A program made the position numbers and the translations under genes. A stretch of 57,188 bases of DNA, filler included, from Bipalium vagum (taxonomy: Eukaryota): NCBI GenBank assembly GCA_037834085.1. It is 3 parts of 3 records of this genome, joined end to end, with 100 filler letters (N's around TTAATTAATTAA, not from the genome) between each part and the next. Parts side by side here need not be neighbours in the genome. Positions count along the whole stretch, not along the records: positions 18,672 to 38,604 come from JBBMKC010263755.1; positions 38,705 to 57,188 come from JBBMKC010027521.1; 1 more part is not named here. One strand, written 5' to 3'. The notes under the pieces were generated by a model. That model was not told the origin of the DNA. It was given only the letters and a program-made list of their open reading frames with translations, and did no database searches. Below are positions 36,826-51,636 of the stretch, one piece after another (the stretch's first letter is position 1; the number at the start of each line of letters is the position of its first letter).

Positions 36826-38524
36826 TTTTATTATACCATTTTATTATACTGGTAATTTAGAATATACATAATAATTTAAAATACTCCATTGTAATCACTA
36901 ATTTTTTTAAAAAATTTAGCTTTAATAATTTCCACAGCATTAAGTAAAAATTAAAAATTTTCTAACTTAATTTTAAAAATTATAAACAGCTTTTTATCTA
37001 GTAATGAATATTGACTTTTTTTATTCATCTTTAAATTATCCTTACATCTTTTCAATACAATTTTAGGTAGATTGACATATAGCCAAGAACAGATAAATAT
37101 TACATTTGGTCTACATTCAAATTTATGGAGAATCAGGACTATGATTGAAAAACTATGTTGAGCCATGACTCTATGCTGGCTTTGGATGGTAAGGTAGGGT
37201 TTTGATCGTGGTGCTCCCCTTTAAAACTGATAGTTTCTCTAGTATTACACGTCCAGGGCTAAACTCCTCTTCAGCATACAACTAATGAGAAATTTTTTGA
37301 TACTTTTTAAGGTTTGTATAAAGATCTACACCCAGACCTTGTTGTAAAAGACAAGTTGGGAAATCCAAAATGTATGTTATAAAGATGGTTTCTAAAAACG
37401 GAGCATTTCCATTACACAAAATACCCCGATTGTGTAATTAATAAAATATTTTATAAATTACACTTTATTTAAGATATTCAAATAGTGTCTTTTAAATAAT
37501 TTTAGGATGTAAATACATTTTTATGTTTTCTTCAAAATCCATGAAAAAATATTTTCATTGATGTTTCAGTCGATGATAAAAATCTTACCATTATCGGATA
37601 ACTGTTCGTTTTTGCAAATTATACTTTTTCTTATTAATCAAATCCGCCTGCAGGAATCAATTAATTATGAGAAAGAATTGGACAAGAAAGGAATAATATT
37701 AAAAAAGAAGATTGTTCATCACGATTTGAAAGTATACCACACCGAATTCAGGTTTTTTTAAAAGCAAAAGTTAAATATACATTATCTTAAAAATTCAGCA
37801 AAAAATTGTTTGGATGATATGGGTGTGTTTTTATTTTAATAAAGATTTCAGTTTTCACTTTGACTTCAATTTTTTTTACATTTAGTAGAAGGAGGAATTA
37901 TTTATATTGTGTGAAAAGTTTAGGTTGATAAGCAATTGTTAAAGGTGAGTTATTAAAGTTTTAAGTAAAAAATGGAAAACATCTGAACAATTGCTTGAGT
38001 CAGTGAATATATTATCAGTTCTTCAAGTATAAATTGTTCAATTGTTCAAGTGGAGCTTTTAAGAGATAGAAGTCGAACTCGCCCTTAGCTTGCAAAACGA
38101 AGTTGAGGTCTTATGACAAAGTCAGGTCTCATATTCTTGATAGAATAAGAGTATTTAAATATTTAAATGAATTTGATAGAGTTTATGAAGCAAAATGAAC
38201 TGAACAAATATTAATTATTATAAAAGTCTTAAGAAATAATCCTATAACTTATGAATTAATTGATTCACTCGGAGAAAATTATTTAGGTAAGTTTTGAGTC
38301 TGATTTACAAAAATAAAATTTTAATATTTGTTTTAATCAATTCTATAAATATTTAAAGCATCTTGAGACGAAATCAAATCAAAATATTTTATAATATATA
38401 ATTTATTATTAGCTTTTATGCAAAAATCTTATTAAAATCTTTCTCTTTAAAATGATTTCTAAAATTTACAAACTTTAAATAAACATTTAAATATTAATTT
38501 AATATATATATTATAATTTAATTT

Positions 38525-38604
38525 TTTAATTTAATTTATTAATTTACTTTATTAATTTAATTTATTAATTTAATTTATTAATTTAATTTATTAATTTAAT
38601 TTAT
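38525..38604. repeat. 13-bp AT tandem repeat (ttaatttaattta) running into the gap
   Basis: Several consecutive copies. Confidence 0.85.
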
Positions 38605-38704
38605 NNNNNNNNNNNNNNNNNNNNNNNNNNNNNNNNNNNNNNNNNNNNTTAATTAATTAANNNNNNNNNNNNNNNNNNNNNNNNNNNNNNNNNNNNNNNN
38701 NNNN
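38605..38704. other. Assembly linker/gap (N44-TTAATTAATTAA-N44)
   Basis: Identical structure to the linker at 18572. Confidence 0.98.
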
Positions 38705-39859
38705 TGTCATTATAATTTATGGCAAATTATAATTTCCTTATGAAATTTACAATCAAACATAAAATGGAGATTTGTATAATCGAAATAAACTTTTTTAAAA
38801 CAATAAATCCTTATGAAAATGATCTATTTGTATTATATTTAAAAATTCAAGTACCTGCATAATACTTTTGAGCGGTTGTGTATATGTATATAACTATTAT
38901 TGTTAATTAAAAAAATAAAAATATTAAAATAATATTAATCGCTTATAAAAATCACTTTCCATTTGTTTAGAAATTTTGCACCAAAGATTTGAAAATAAAT
39001 ATTTTCTGTATAAAAAATCGGTAAGAATTTTTCAAATTTTTCACTTAAGTATAAGAAAACAAAGATTATTATTATTAGATTTAATTTTTTTTTGTTCTTA
39101 TTTCAAAAGCATAACGTCGTAATCTACCACATTTTAGTTAGAAAGGGAAATATTTTGAGCAACTTATTTTCCTTTTCTTTCAGTTGAAATATATTTCGAG
39201 CAAAGATAAAAACGTCCAAACTAATTAACTAATGAGAAAATAAATCGTTTTCCTCAATCATATTAGTCACAGATCGCTGGATGTTTTGAAATGGGTAAAT
39301 TGTTTCCTCTTCAGCAGGGCAAGATGTGATCATTTATCAATGGACATTAGACGAAGACAGACAGCATTAGACAAAATGAAAGCGAATGATTTTATGAGAG
39401 TTCAAAGTAAAATTTATGCAAAGAAAACAATACAAGAAGTCGACAAAAGTTTGATAAAATTAATTTAATAATCAATAAATTTCCTCTAAAAATAGTGAAA
39501 AATAAATTTAGGATATTTTACAATTATAAATTATCTTTTATTGAATAACAGTAATTATTACAAAAAATAAGAGCACCTTTTAAAGATGGACCCAACAAAA
39601 CTTGAGAAATATCCAAAGAAATAAATTCTAATCTTTCAAGTGGTTAATCTGAAACCAAAGATTTTTTATTAATATATTTCGAAAAACAATTTTAAAATTT
39701 ATTTTCAGTTTTTGAAAAATTTACAATATAACGAAAACATGTCCATAATAAACGTTAATTATTTTTTAATAAAATAATTTATTTAGTTCCATTTTCAATA
39801 TTTGAACATTGATAATATTTTATTTAACTTTTAAAATATTCGCTGATTCTTTCAAATAT

Positions 39860-39875
39860 AATAATAATAATAATA

Positions 39876-39927
<52 letters not shown>
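39860..39927. repeat. (AAT)n microsatellite
   Basis: About 22 units with one interruption. Confidence 0.95.
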
Positions 39928-39932
<5 letters not shown>

Positions 39933-42900
39933 TAGTAATATTACTATTTTAACTATTATTAAAGCAAAAAATTACATCTTTACAAGTTTTTAATGAAAGT
40001 TTAAAATAAAAAAACAACTTGAAATATTATTTATTAAAATTAAAAATTGATTTAATACTGTGCTATTCATTAAGAAATAAATAAAAAATTTTAATTTGAA
40101 CAAATATTTATACAATTCCAGAATATTTATTCCTTATAAGGTTTCCTTTGTCTTGAAGAAAGTCAAATATTTATTCTATTAATATTAAAAGTAATAATAT
40201 TTAATTTAATTAATATATTTTGTATTCCGATTGATTTTAAGTAATTTTCTTAAAAGAGTAATATTTTTTATACTTGAACTGAAACTTTCTGCCAACAGAT
40301 CTTATCTTGATCCGATAAATCTTATCGATTCTTAACAATTTACAAATACTATGAAAACCTTTCTTACGAAATACTTTTATTATTGGTTTTTTGGTAATAA
40401 AAATTCACATTATCGTTTGTTAAAAGTTTTTAAATAATACTGGAATTCGAACCGAAACATTTTATTTTTTGAACTTCATATTCAACTGTCATTCATAGAA
40501 GTAAAAAAAAATTATTATTATTATACAGAAAATTGACATCGTTTGCTTTGTTTCTCATGGTATTTTAACATATTGAAATTAAAGATATTATTTTAATCAA
40601 ATATTTTTAAAAATAAAAAATCAATAGAATTATAATCATTTTGACAGACACTTTCACATAAAAAGAGTCGAAAATAAATAAAAAATATTTTTCAAAGAAT
40701 AATCATTGTGGAAAATCATGTCTTAAAATAGTTATATATTTTTTTAGGCATTTATATGAAAGTTATTTTCTCATAGAAATATTTTTCAATCTTTATTGAT
40801 TTCAGTCATTAAATTAAAAAAAGTTGAACTAATTAAAAAATATATTAATTAGATTATTATTATATAAATATTTTTTAATAAAATTTTAATAAATTAAGTA
40901 TTCATTAATGTTACATAATCAATAAAATCATAATTCTACGTTATCAAAAATTATTAGAATTGTGTAAATTTATATATTGATATTGATCGACAAAAATAAA
41001 ATTTTAGAAAGTGTTAAGATTATTTATTAAAAATTTAAAACCAAATTAACAAAAATATTTTAATAATTTTTTTGAGAAAAATAATTTTAATTAGTAATCA
41101 TTGATATTATTATTTATTATAAATGAAAATTGTAATTATATTATAAAAAGTAAAATTATAAAAACTAAAGCTTAAATATTAATAATTTATCAAAGTATTT
41201 TTCATTTTGTCGTAATAAATTTAACAATAATTAAAAATGTCTCATTTCAAAAATGATAAAATATCAATTATTATTAAAAAAAATCAATTTTCTGCTTTTA
41301 TATCTTTATAACATCGACCAAATGATTAATACGATTCTAACAAAGAGAGATTGATTCGGGATTTTAAAAATTTATTTAATATCAGTAGTTTGTTTAAGTA
41401 AAACGACGACTTTTAGTAAAAATTGATTATTTTAAAAATCATCTGTTTATTCTCTTGTCCATAATTAATTAAAATATTTAGAGTAATATACATAATTTTT
41501 CTATTCGTACATATTGAGACATTGAAATTTTAATTCGAATATTTCAAAAATTACAAAATTAATTATAAAATAAGTGTAATCTGATGTAAATGGATTTTTA
41601 ATTTTAAATTATTGTATAAAATGTTTAGAAATTAAATAAATTATAAAAGATATTTAAAATTTAAGTGTTGATTTTCTTATTTAAGCAATACAAATGTATA
41701 ATAATAATGTGGAATCTTAATGAGATAAATATTAATTAATTTATTAGTTTATAATTAAAGGTAATCAATATATATTGAAAGTTGAAAATTCAATAGTTTG
41801 ATAATTAAAATTCATGAAAAATCCAAATTTATGACAGAAAAAAGTAAATTAAAAAATTAAGACCTCGAACATCCAAAATAGTAATAGTAATAATAGAAAT
41901 ATAATAAGATATAAAAATAAATTATTATATTTAAGATTAAAACAAAATTTCACCTCTGAAAATATGTCTGAAATGATCTTAAACATTATCAACAGTAGTT
42001 GAAGATTATGATATCAAAGGTTGAAAAATAGACATTGAAATAATTTGAAATAGATCAAAAGAGATTTTCTTTTTTAAAGGATTCAAGACGACAATGAAAA
42101 AATCTTTTTGTATTTTTCTGATATTTTAAAACAAGAAATAATTTATTTGTTTAATTAAATATGCAAAAGTCTGAAGTGCTTAAGACTCCAAAAATCCTGT
42201 TGCACATTGACAATCAATAAGTGTCCTAATTGCCTGACTTCAAAGAAATCTGGTCCAAGTTCTCAACATTAACTTTAGAGATTGTGTACATATTTCCTCC
42301 ACAAATTTAGACTGAGTTCTTTTAAAATATTTTATTTTATTCTTGTTTTTTTACAAAATATTCTGTATTAGCTTCCTTGTTACCGAAATTTGACAAATAG
42401 ATCTTTGCTTTCCACCAGTCCAAGAAATTTGTCTTAGAACAATCCATTAAACTTTAACCATCCACTACCATCTTTCTTTATTTACCATTAAATAACCAAG
42501 TATAATTAAAGATAAACTTAATATCTAAACAGGAAGTTATTATATTTAGAATTGAGGTTATCAAGGTTTAGGATATTTAAAAATTAAAAATATTAACGAT
42601 CTAATAGTGAAATGTACTGTTAATATTTTTGATATAGAATAACTTGCATTTCAGATTTAATCAACTGTTGATATCTTGATCATTTTTATATTCCAGTAAT
42701 TATTTTAAGTTTTTTTTCCGAGTTAAATTTTTTATTTAAAAATTCCATTGGTCTATTTTCTTAATTTCTAATGTACTCTTACCATTTTTTTTAGAGAAAG
42801 TCAACATGATATTTTTATAGAAATTAACTTTTTCTATTTCACTAAAAAATGATTTTATAATATTTTTAACATTAAATGATTAATATTCAATTAATAATTA

Positions 42901-45107
42901 ATCATCATTTTGTTATTTGTTACCTATTTGTACAAATACTTTTAACTTTCACCTTTTTAATGGAATAAATGTTTCAAAACAACTTCCGAAAGACTTCTTA
43001 GAAACTTTGCGCATAGTAAGTACGTAAATAGTAAACAAATCAATCTTTATATTATGTATTGACTTTATATGCATTAAGTTTCAAAGTACAGTAAATCTGT
43101 AGATTTACATAACTTAAATATTTTAATAAAAATTATTTTACGACTCAATCTCGAAAAAAGAAATCTTAAAGTTGATCTAAATAATGCCACCTATTTTACT
43201 CTATCTTATATCTAATTTACTTTTTCGTAAAATTCAAATTAAAAATGTTATCTTGTAATTTTTCTTAAAAACACTTCATACCAGAAATCCCGACTTTATC
43301 TTGGCGTCAAAAATATGTACATAGAATTAAGTCGTGTACCATTGTTTCCATATTTAAAAAATTTATATGAAAAGATCAATAATTTTTTCATTTTTTCCAG
43401 ACACCCACATTCTTTCGTACTGAAATAACATATGGTTATGAGAAGTAAACTTTAAAGTCTTTGATTTGACGAGACAGATTTTCGTTTGGTGTTTCTTATC
43501 AGTAATAAAATTATGAATTATCAATTTTATTTATGTTCGATCGAAAAACCGCTTAAATTAAATCATACGAATATTAAAACAAACTCTGTCTTCATTAGTT
43601 TTTTATAATAATTAAGAAATTTGTATATATATTGAAATTATAAAACAATTTTTGTTAAATTAATTCTTAATAAGTTTTTAATTAATAAATATTCAATGTT
43701 ATTTTACTTTTGCAATTTACAATTCTAAAACTATTGAATCTGGAAGTAACATAATTACATTTTTTTATTGAAAAAGTTTTAAAAATATCCTTTCAAAAAA
43801 ATTTAAGCTTAAAATTTGAAAACAATAAAACTTTTAGATTGACTTAAATGACATATTATGAGTGATTTATGATACAGGAATACCGATTTTTTCTGTTATT
43901 CATGTAATACATTTTCAGATTTTGGTTATTTAATGATTGTTTCAATTAAAAGTTTTCCTCATATTTACCATAATCTAATATGTAAAATGAAATATTTTAG
44001 TTGAATTCCTTTATCATAAATTTTTTTTATTTAAACATTTTTTAAAAATCATAAATATTGGCAAGTATTTGTTTATTTAATGATCATAAAATGGTAATCC
44101 GAAGAAAACAAACGGGTTATATTGCTAATATTGTAGTTATAATTCATCTCAATTTTTTAAAATTTCCATATTTCTTGTTATAATAATAAAAGTATTAAGT
44201 TGAGTATTTGAAATTTTTTAACCTGTTGTAGTTATAGTCTGATATTTTGGAAAAGTAAATGTATTAAAATTCAAGTTTAATTTTGAAAATATACATTAAT
44301 TAAATTCCTTAAATTAAATAGAATATTTAAATAGCCTTTTTGGATCTTAAAAAATTTTTATATAGAAAATGATTATCAGATTTTAGTTCCAACACAATTC
44401 AACCATGCAATTCTCAAATAAGAACAACTTTGTAAATAAATAAAACATCACACAAATTTTGCAGACATTGAAGAAAAATTAAATTTAAAAAAACTGAATT
44501 TGAAAAAGAAAATTTATACAAGAAGCTTATCATAAGTTAAGCTTTGGTATTAGGAAAGGAAGGTGTCATTTCTTTAAATATAATATCAGTTTCAAAATAA
44601 TATTAGATCAATCTGTGATTGGTGAGATAATTCTATTTTTATAAGGTTTGATATAAAATAAAATTGTTAAAATATTTTCCGTAATAGATTTATGAATTTT
44701 TTATTCTCTGAATTTTCAAAATGATTTATTTTTTATGTAAAATTGTGACATCACTATATTTCTTGATTTCCCCTTAATTAGATGCTTTGCTCAATTCATC
44801 ATTCTTACTCCTAAAAATTTAATTAACTCCACAAATCTCCTTGTCATTATTGTGATTATTTGCATAATTTAATAATTATTATCTTTTCAAGTTTAAATCG
44901 AATTAAAATATAGTCAATTAATTCGAAAATCTGTTATCGTTAATTAAATTCTACGAAAGATGACAGACTTAATTTTCAATTTTTTAAATACAAGGCTAAG
45001 GCATTATATAATTAAATATGTGGCCAAATGAAATTTTCCTGCTTCCTTCATCGTTCAAGCTGTTTTGGATTTCAATCTCTGAAAGTTAATGAATATTTTT
45101 TTAATAG

Positions 45108-48100
45108 GTTCTCGTAGTCAAGATCATTCGTCTGTGGATCTGAATTTTACGAAAACCAGTTCCTGTAGAGTGTGTATGAGAAGTTGCTTTGCAACTCTCG
45201 AATTTCCCGATTCGAGGAAATCACGATGGTGGAATTACTTATATTATGTTATCTGCTGTCCTCTAAGAATCTTGCTTTGCTTTACCGTTCCAGATTGTAG
45301 GGAAAACTATTTCCGCAATTGGTTTTGGATAACTTTTTTTGGCTCCTGTGTATGGATTGGCATTTATTCATACATTATGATTTGGATGATTACGATTATA
45401 GGTAAGTTCTTGTTACTTATAATAAAAACGATTAAAAACTTCATTTCAAACGAACTTTTTAGGATTTACTTTGGGAATTCCAGACTCCGTGATGGGTCTC
45501 ACTTTTATTGCAGCTGGTTCTAGTGTACCAGATGCCATTGCGTCTGTTTTAGTGGTTAGAGAAGGCCAAGGTGATATGGCGGTCTCTAATGCCGTTGGTA
45601 GTAATGTTTTTGATATTCTCATTTGTATGGGAGTTCCTTGGCTTTTGAAATGTTTAACTTATGGAATACCTGTTTTGATATACTCGAAAGGTAATATTTC
45701 TAATTCTAGTAATTTTAATTTGAAGTATTTCTCTTAGTCATTGATTATAATATATATCAATTCAATAAAGAATAAAAATGTACTACTTTTAAATTATAGT
45801 AGTATCACGTCATGAAATAAAATCATATTTCTATTTTGTACTTTATAAAAAGATTAATAAAAAATGACAATTTAAATGGCCACTTACTGTAAAACATTAA
45901 TAAAACTTATTTATATATATTAATAGAAGAGCATTAATTATTTAAAATAGTGAAATTGGTGTATACACATATATTTATAATAATAATTATATTTAAATTT
46001 TGCATATTAGAAGATTTTGATAATTTCAGCTTTAAACAAACACGATGTCCATAAAGGATACGCGTTTTCTGTTTGTAGACATTAAAGATGAACCACTTGT
46101 AATAAAAAATTATGAAGTATTTATTGATTGACATTTTATACATCTTGTTTTACAAAATAGGATTAATTTTCTTAAATATTCATTTTGGCACGTCTTTAAA
46201 ATGACAATAAGTTATGTAGATATTATTTTTTTTGGTAAACACAGTTGTCAGACTCTGAAGCCACCAGGCTAATCCATGAATTAGAAGGCCCAGATGTAAT
46301 CAATGAGAAGACAATGGTGTGCTGTTTTGATAAGTTAGATTAGAGTGACATTGGTCTCAAAAGTGTATTTATCTGGTTTCGGAAGACTATGATTTGCTAG
46401 ACTGTTAAGAATTTGATCCATCCCAATCCAAAACCAAACCATTTTAAATTTTATGGCCAAAATAATTACAATTTACAAATATAGATCTTGGTCTTTTGGA
46501 AATACAATTTCGGATTAATTTTTCTAAAACCAAAGTTTTGAAATCGATCCACAATTATTTTCTCTATATAAAAATAGAGAGATTTTATATTTTATAATTC
46601 TTTTTATTTTCCAATATTTTGGTGAATCTGATAAAAGATTTTGCAATTATTTTTAACATATCGAATTTTTTGTTTAAAATTAAATTAAAAAAAAAACACT
46701 TGTATTGAAGACGAATATAATAAATATTTGATCAGCACTTGGTTTCTTAATCGTCAAATTTTACCAAGAGCTAATTAGAAATTCTCTTTTCCGTTCTGTT
46801 GCTTTAAATGTCTTTCTGGTTTTAATTAGTCTAGACACATCATCAAGGAAAATTAATTTTTACTCCAGCTAACATTTTAATATATTTCAAAGGTTTTCTA
46901 TTTCTGGCAATTTGAAATGTACTAAATTGTTTAATAATTATTAATTTTATAATAATAAATAAATATTGATACTAAGTAATAACCACAATACCAGATTATA
47001 ATAATAATAAAATTAATATAATTTAAATAAAATATTTATCTTGTGTATTTCAAATAGTATATATAAAATCAAATTGTCAGTAATAATTTTATTATTAACA
47101 ATTTTTTATTTCCTTAAGTTGTTCAATTCTTAAAATTTGTATTTTCAAATTTTCGAAAATAAAAATTGTTAAACATTTATTTTTAAAATTATATATTTTG
47201 TTTATTATAATATAAAAATTAAATTTCTTCATTAAAATTATTGATTTCGTTCAGTTTTTGAAAAAGTGAAAATTTAACATTTTTATTTTAATTAGAAGTT
47301 ATTATTTTATGATTTATTTTTTAAAGTTTTAAATATAATCAATTTATCAAATATTTATTATCAAAATATCATATTAAAATAGATTTAAAATTTTACTGCG
47401 TACCGATTTAGCCGATGTAAATAAAAAAAATCCTTTTTTATTAACTCTTATGCTTTCAGTTAATGTTGCTGAGATATTTTTATACAGTGAAAAATTTATA
47501 CTCATTTTTAAATTAAAAATTATTAAATGTCAATAAAGAAATTTTAAAATAATTTATTTAACATTTTGGATTCCATTTGATTCAAATACCTCTGAACATG
47601 TATTTATTTTAAACCATCAATTAAATCAAAAATATGAAGAAATATATAAATGTAAAATAAAATAATAATTTCTAAATTTTTAAAATTATTATTAATAATA
47701 ATAATAAAATTTTAAAAAATAATAAAACTTTATTTACAACATTTACATATAAATAAATTAAAAAATTACTTTCCATAGGTCATAATTGATTTAAATTAGT
47801 ATTTAAATCAAATTTCAACAATAATCTCTAAAATTAATAATTTTATTATTGATTTATTAAATTAATTAATTTGTATTAATATTTTTATTAAGTAAAGTTT
47901 TTTTAATAATTTATGTGGACACTAAAAGCATTTGACCCCTTTCAGGACTTTTGTATGCAACAATCACATTATTCATGACAGTTTTCGGACTTATATTTAT
48001 CACACATTTGTACAGCTGGAAAATGACCAAAAGTTACGGATATATATTGATCTTTATTTATGTCGTATTTCTCGTTGTTTGTTGTTTGTATGAACTGAAT

Positions 48101-48133
48101 ATTTTCGGCAACGTCCATCCTCCGGAATGCTGA
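45108..48133 (+). CDS. SLC24A: K+-dependent Na+/Ca2+ exchanger (SLC24/NCKX family), 3' exons only
   Basis: Exons 45108-45401, 45463-45690 and 47946-48133 splice in phase 1 and encode FTVPDCR...[48 protein letters not shown]...[19 protein letters not shown]...[14 protein letters not shown]. This is the alpha-2 repeat; the Asp of GSNVFD marks K+-dependent NCKX. The subfamily number cannot be assigned. Confidence 0.93.
46240..46380 (+). mobile_element. Mariner N-terminal HTH fragment inside an NCKX intron
   Basis: Encodes [38 protein letters not shown], like the mariner A.R.I...G.D.......WF.KF..GDF.L. Confidence 0.55.
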
Positions 48134-48914
48134 CCATGCGATAATATGTTGATGTTGTTTTTACGATAAACTATTTAGAAATCATTTAATTGTTTGGTTT
48201 TTTGTTTCAATTTAATTTCAATTCCTCTTTACGCAATCACCGACGATGAGGTTTACAGATGGGAAAATTTGTATTTTTGGTGTACCGTGACGGAAATGAT
48301 TGCTGTTGTCGTTGTTGTTGGTGTAACTTTTATTTTCTTTATCCATTATAGAGATATGTAACGGGTTTATGGATTTTTGTTGATTCCGAAAATTGATTTG
48401 CCTCATTTTATATTGTAAATATATTTCATTATTTAGGTTTCCGTTAGATACCGATGTTCGTTGTTGTTAGTAAATATACTTGGAATTTAAGTTTGAGCTC
48501 TATTATAATATTTTTCTATTATCTACTTTTTCTTCTTTAAAATGTTTAAATTTGGGGAGAAGCCATTGAAAAGTCTTATTGATTTTTTATTTGAAATTTT
48601 CCCTTTTAAAAAATTTAAAGAAATGAAAAATTTTTTGAAAATGGTCAACTTTGATGGTGATTGAAAACTATCTTTCTTTCATAAAATTTAAAGTGTTATA
48701 TATAAATTCTAATTGTTAAACTTATTTTTTCGTCACATATATAAACCACTTGTGGAAGATTAGCATACATTCTTTTTGAGGAAGTGCATAATTATGGATG
48801 ATAATGATAAATAAAATGAATTCTAGTAAAAAATAAATCGCGTAAAAATTAGAGTTTCATTTTCTTTAATATTTTATGAGTATTAAGTATACATGATTAT
48901 GTAAGTGATTGTCT

Positions 48915-49390
48915 TCAATTAGTAGTGATGCATTGGGACCAGAAAATATCCAAATCAACAGTGGATCTTTCAACAAGAATCAAGCTTCCGGACATCGAGC
49001 AAAAGTAACAAAAGTTTTGCAAAAAAAATCTTTCAGGATTTATTATATCAAAGGATAATCACATACTCTCCAAATTAGTGCCTCATAAACTACGTAATTT
49101 TAGAGATTCTTGACACAAAAGTTTGTTAAGTCACAAATATGTTCAGTCTTTTGAGCGCAAATTAGTGAAAAAGATTGGAACAAATTAAACGAAAAACAAT
49201 GTTCGATTGACCAATTTCCACGTTCTCTTCGAGTCCGTATCAATGCTAATGGAAAATATTTTGAAAATGACTTTGCATAAATAAAAGTTGTATTTCTTTA
49301 TCTTATTAAATATTTATTGTTCATAATTAAAACAAATATCGTCAAATAAAATTTATTTTAATAGTTTCCGAACCTTTATGACTCATTGTA
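48915..49390 (+). mobile_element. 3' half of a decayed maT/DD37D-type Tc1/mariner element
   Basis: Frameshifted YPNQQWIFQQE..SGHRAKVT...SYSPN...NYVILEILDTKVC...WNKL...IDQFPRSLRVRINANGKYFEN. TIR-like end ...tttatgactcattg-TA. Confidence 0.75.
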
Positions 49391-49859
49391 TAATTGCTTT
49401 TATTTTGTTAGTTTTAACCATGTGTTTTTCCTAATGACACTGAAACCTTGGTTTTATAATTTTAAATTAACCGTTTTGTCAATGGAATTACACAGTATCA
49501 CAATTAAATATAAAATGCCAAGAATGATATATTATGATAAAGAATAAATATTGTAAAAGTAAATTCGTTTCAAAAATGAAAGTAAAGATATTGAATATAT
49601 TTAAATTTAACACTTTGAATTATGCACTATTGTCCAAATTAATGTGGATACAACTTTTGGAAAATTAAGATTTTAAACTGTTTATAGTAAAGAACCACTA
49701 AAATGTTATAGCACTTAAATTTGAGTATTCAAAGAAAGTGCATTGAGTGCTGATTAAACAGAGGAGCAAAAATAGATGTTAGAGTCATAATTTTTTGAAA
49801 ATAATAATGTGGAATTAGTGAAATAAGAGGACGTGTTAAAATGTGCGAATAACTTTCAG

Positions 49860-50450
49860 ATTATCGCCTTGCGAAAGATACAGATAAATTCAGAAATTTT
49901 CAATTCACCGTGGTAAAAAACTTGAGTCCGTACCCCATTGGAGGTTTAGACGTATAGAACCAAATTGAATATGATTTAAAGGAAGAGAATTGATTCAAAG
50001 AAAAGGACTGAAGAAAATGCAGCATAAATGTGATGCTTTTAACGGAAAATGGGTGTTAACGAAAAATCACAAGTAGGTTTGGAAACTATTGATAAAACGA
50101 TATGATAAGTTTGAAAATTTATACTTCAATATCGAATAGTATTTATGACAGATAATTTGGACGTCGGATGCACAACGTTGTCTGAACACAAGATCATGAC
50201 AAAATGGTAACGGATATATAAAAAATAAGGAAAAAACCACGAATCTAGAGAAACTGATTAAAGTCATTAAAAAATTTAACAGACGGTTTATAAGAAAAAA
50301 GCACTTTACAATGGAGCTGATAACATTATGTTAGTTCTACTAAATTTCCTCAAATTCAACATAAAACTCTAAATAATCGAATAAAAGATCTAGATTGCGT
50401 ATAATAAAATATACTGATGATATCACAGTTATATTCAGTAAAATGAATGA
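49860..50450 (+). mobile_element. Heavily decayed non-LTR reverse transcriptase remnant
   Basis: IIKYTDDITVIF at 50401-50436 resembles the RT YADD motif; upstream motifs are faint. Confidence 0.3.
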
Positions 50451-51636
50451 AGTGCTTCCTTACTTTAATAAAGTTTTTTATTTATATTTCTTTAAAGAAT
50501 AATTGATTTTTTTACTAAAGGTAGCCTGTCACCTAATTGTTAAGATCTGATTTTTGAATCAATGAATTTTTATTTGATCCTTGAATTAGTGAAAGAGAAT
50601 ACTCCTCAAGAATTTATTTATTTTTCAGTATAAGCTATTTGATGTTCCTTATAATAAGTAACTATTTATGACGGGAAAAGATTAATACTTAATTGATAAT
50701 TAATATTATTTAATTAAAATAAAGCAAAAAAACTTATAAATTCTCAAGTATGTTTTTAGTTTAGTTAAATTTTTTAAATAAAAAAAATTACTAGAATTTT
50801 CAATTTTTGACAATCCTGTTCACGATTGCAATTGGTTATATTCAAGAATCTATACTTATTTGTTTTTCTCGGTTTGTTTACTTAATTTAATAGATTCTTG
50901 TTCACTTGGAATTAATTGATTGGTAAATATTAGGTTTGACACTTTTATTGTTTCTTGATCAAATTAAATTGTTGAACTTACCATAAATTTTTTTATTCCT
51001 TATTCTTTTACTAGGTTAAGTTCTTTTTACTAAAATAATTGGTTAATTTCATTGTTTAGTAACACTAGTTACTAAACTTAACTGCTCAATTTTAGCTATC
51101 TCTATTCTATCCCTTTAAAGTAACTAAAGTTACTATCTAAACAATTTTTTTTACAAATTTTTTTCTAATCTATTTTTAGTAACATTATTTACCATTTATT
51201 AAATCAACTATCTATAAATTTTTTAATTGATTTTAATTAAATTATTATTATATTTAATATTTTATTATTATTTTTAACTAGATTTATTTAGTTAATTTTT
51301 GATACCTATAAAAGAATACAATCGAATACCACATATCATATTTTTACAGAATACAAATATATAATGTGCAAAATAAGAATTACCGGCGATTATGAAAATT
51401 AATTATGATTACTGTATACATATACATATACATATTATTATTATTATTTTCAATTCTAAAACTTTTATATAACCATTAAGAAATGTTAAGAGGTGATAAT
51501 TTTGAAACATAAAATACTTAAAATAAATGAATATGGTTTACGAACCTAATATGAATTAAGGATTATGTTTTATCAAATCTCTTCAAAAAGAAATAATTTA
51601 TTCACATAAAATCTTCAACTATATATCCTCCCTTCT

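Noticed and set aside
38060-38130. tRNA/SINE-like B-box (GTTCGA) on minus; similar at ~40445
   Set aside because: No cloverleaf can be formed.
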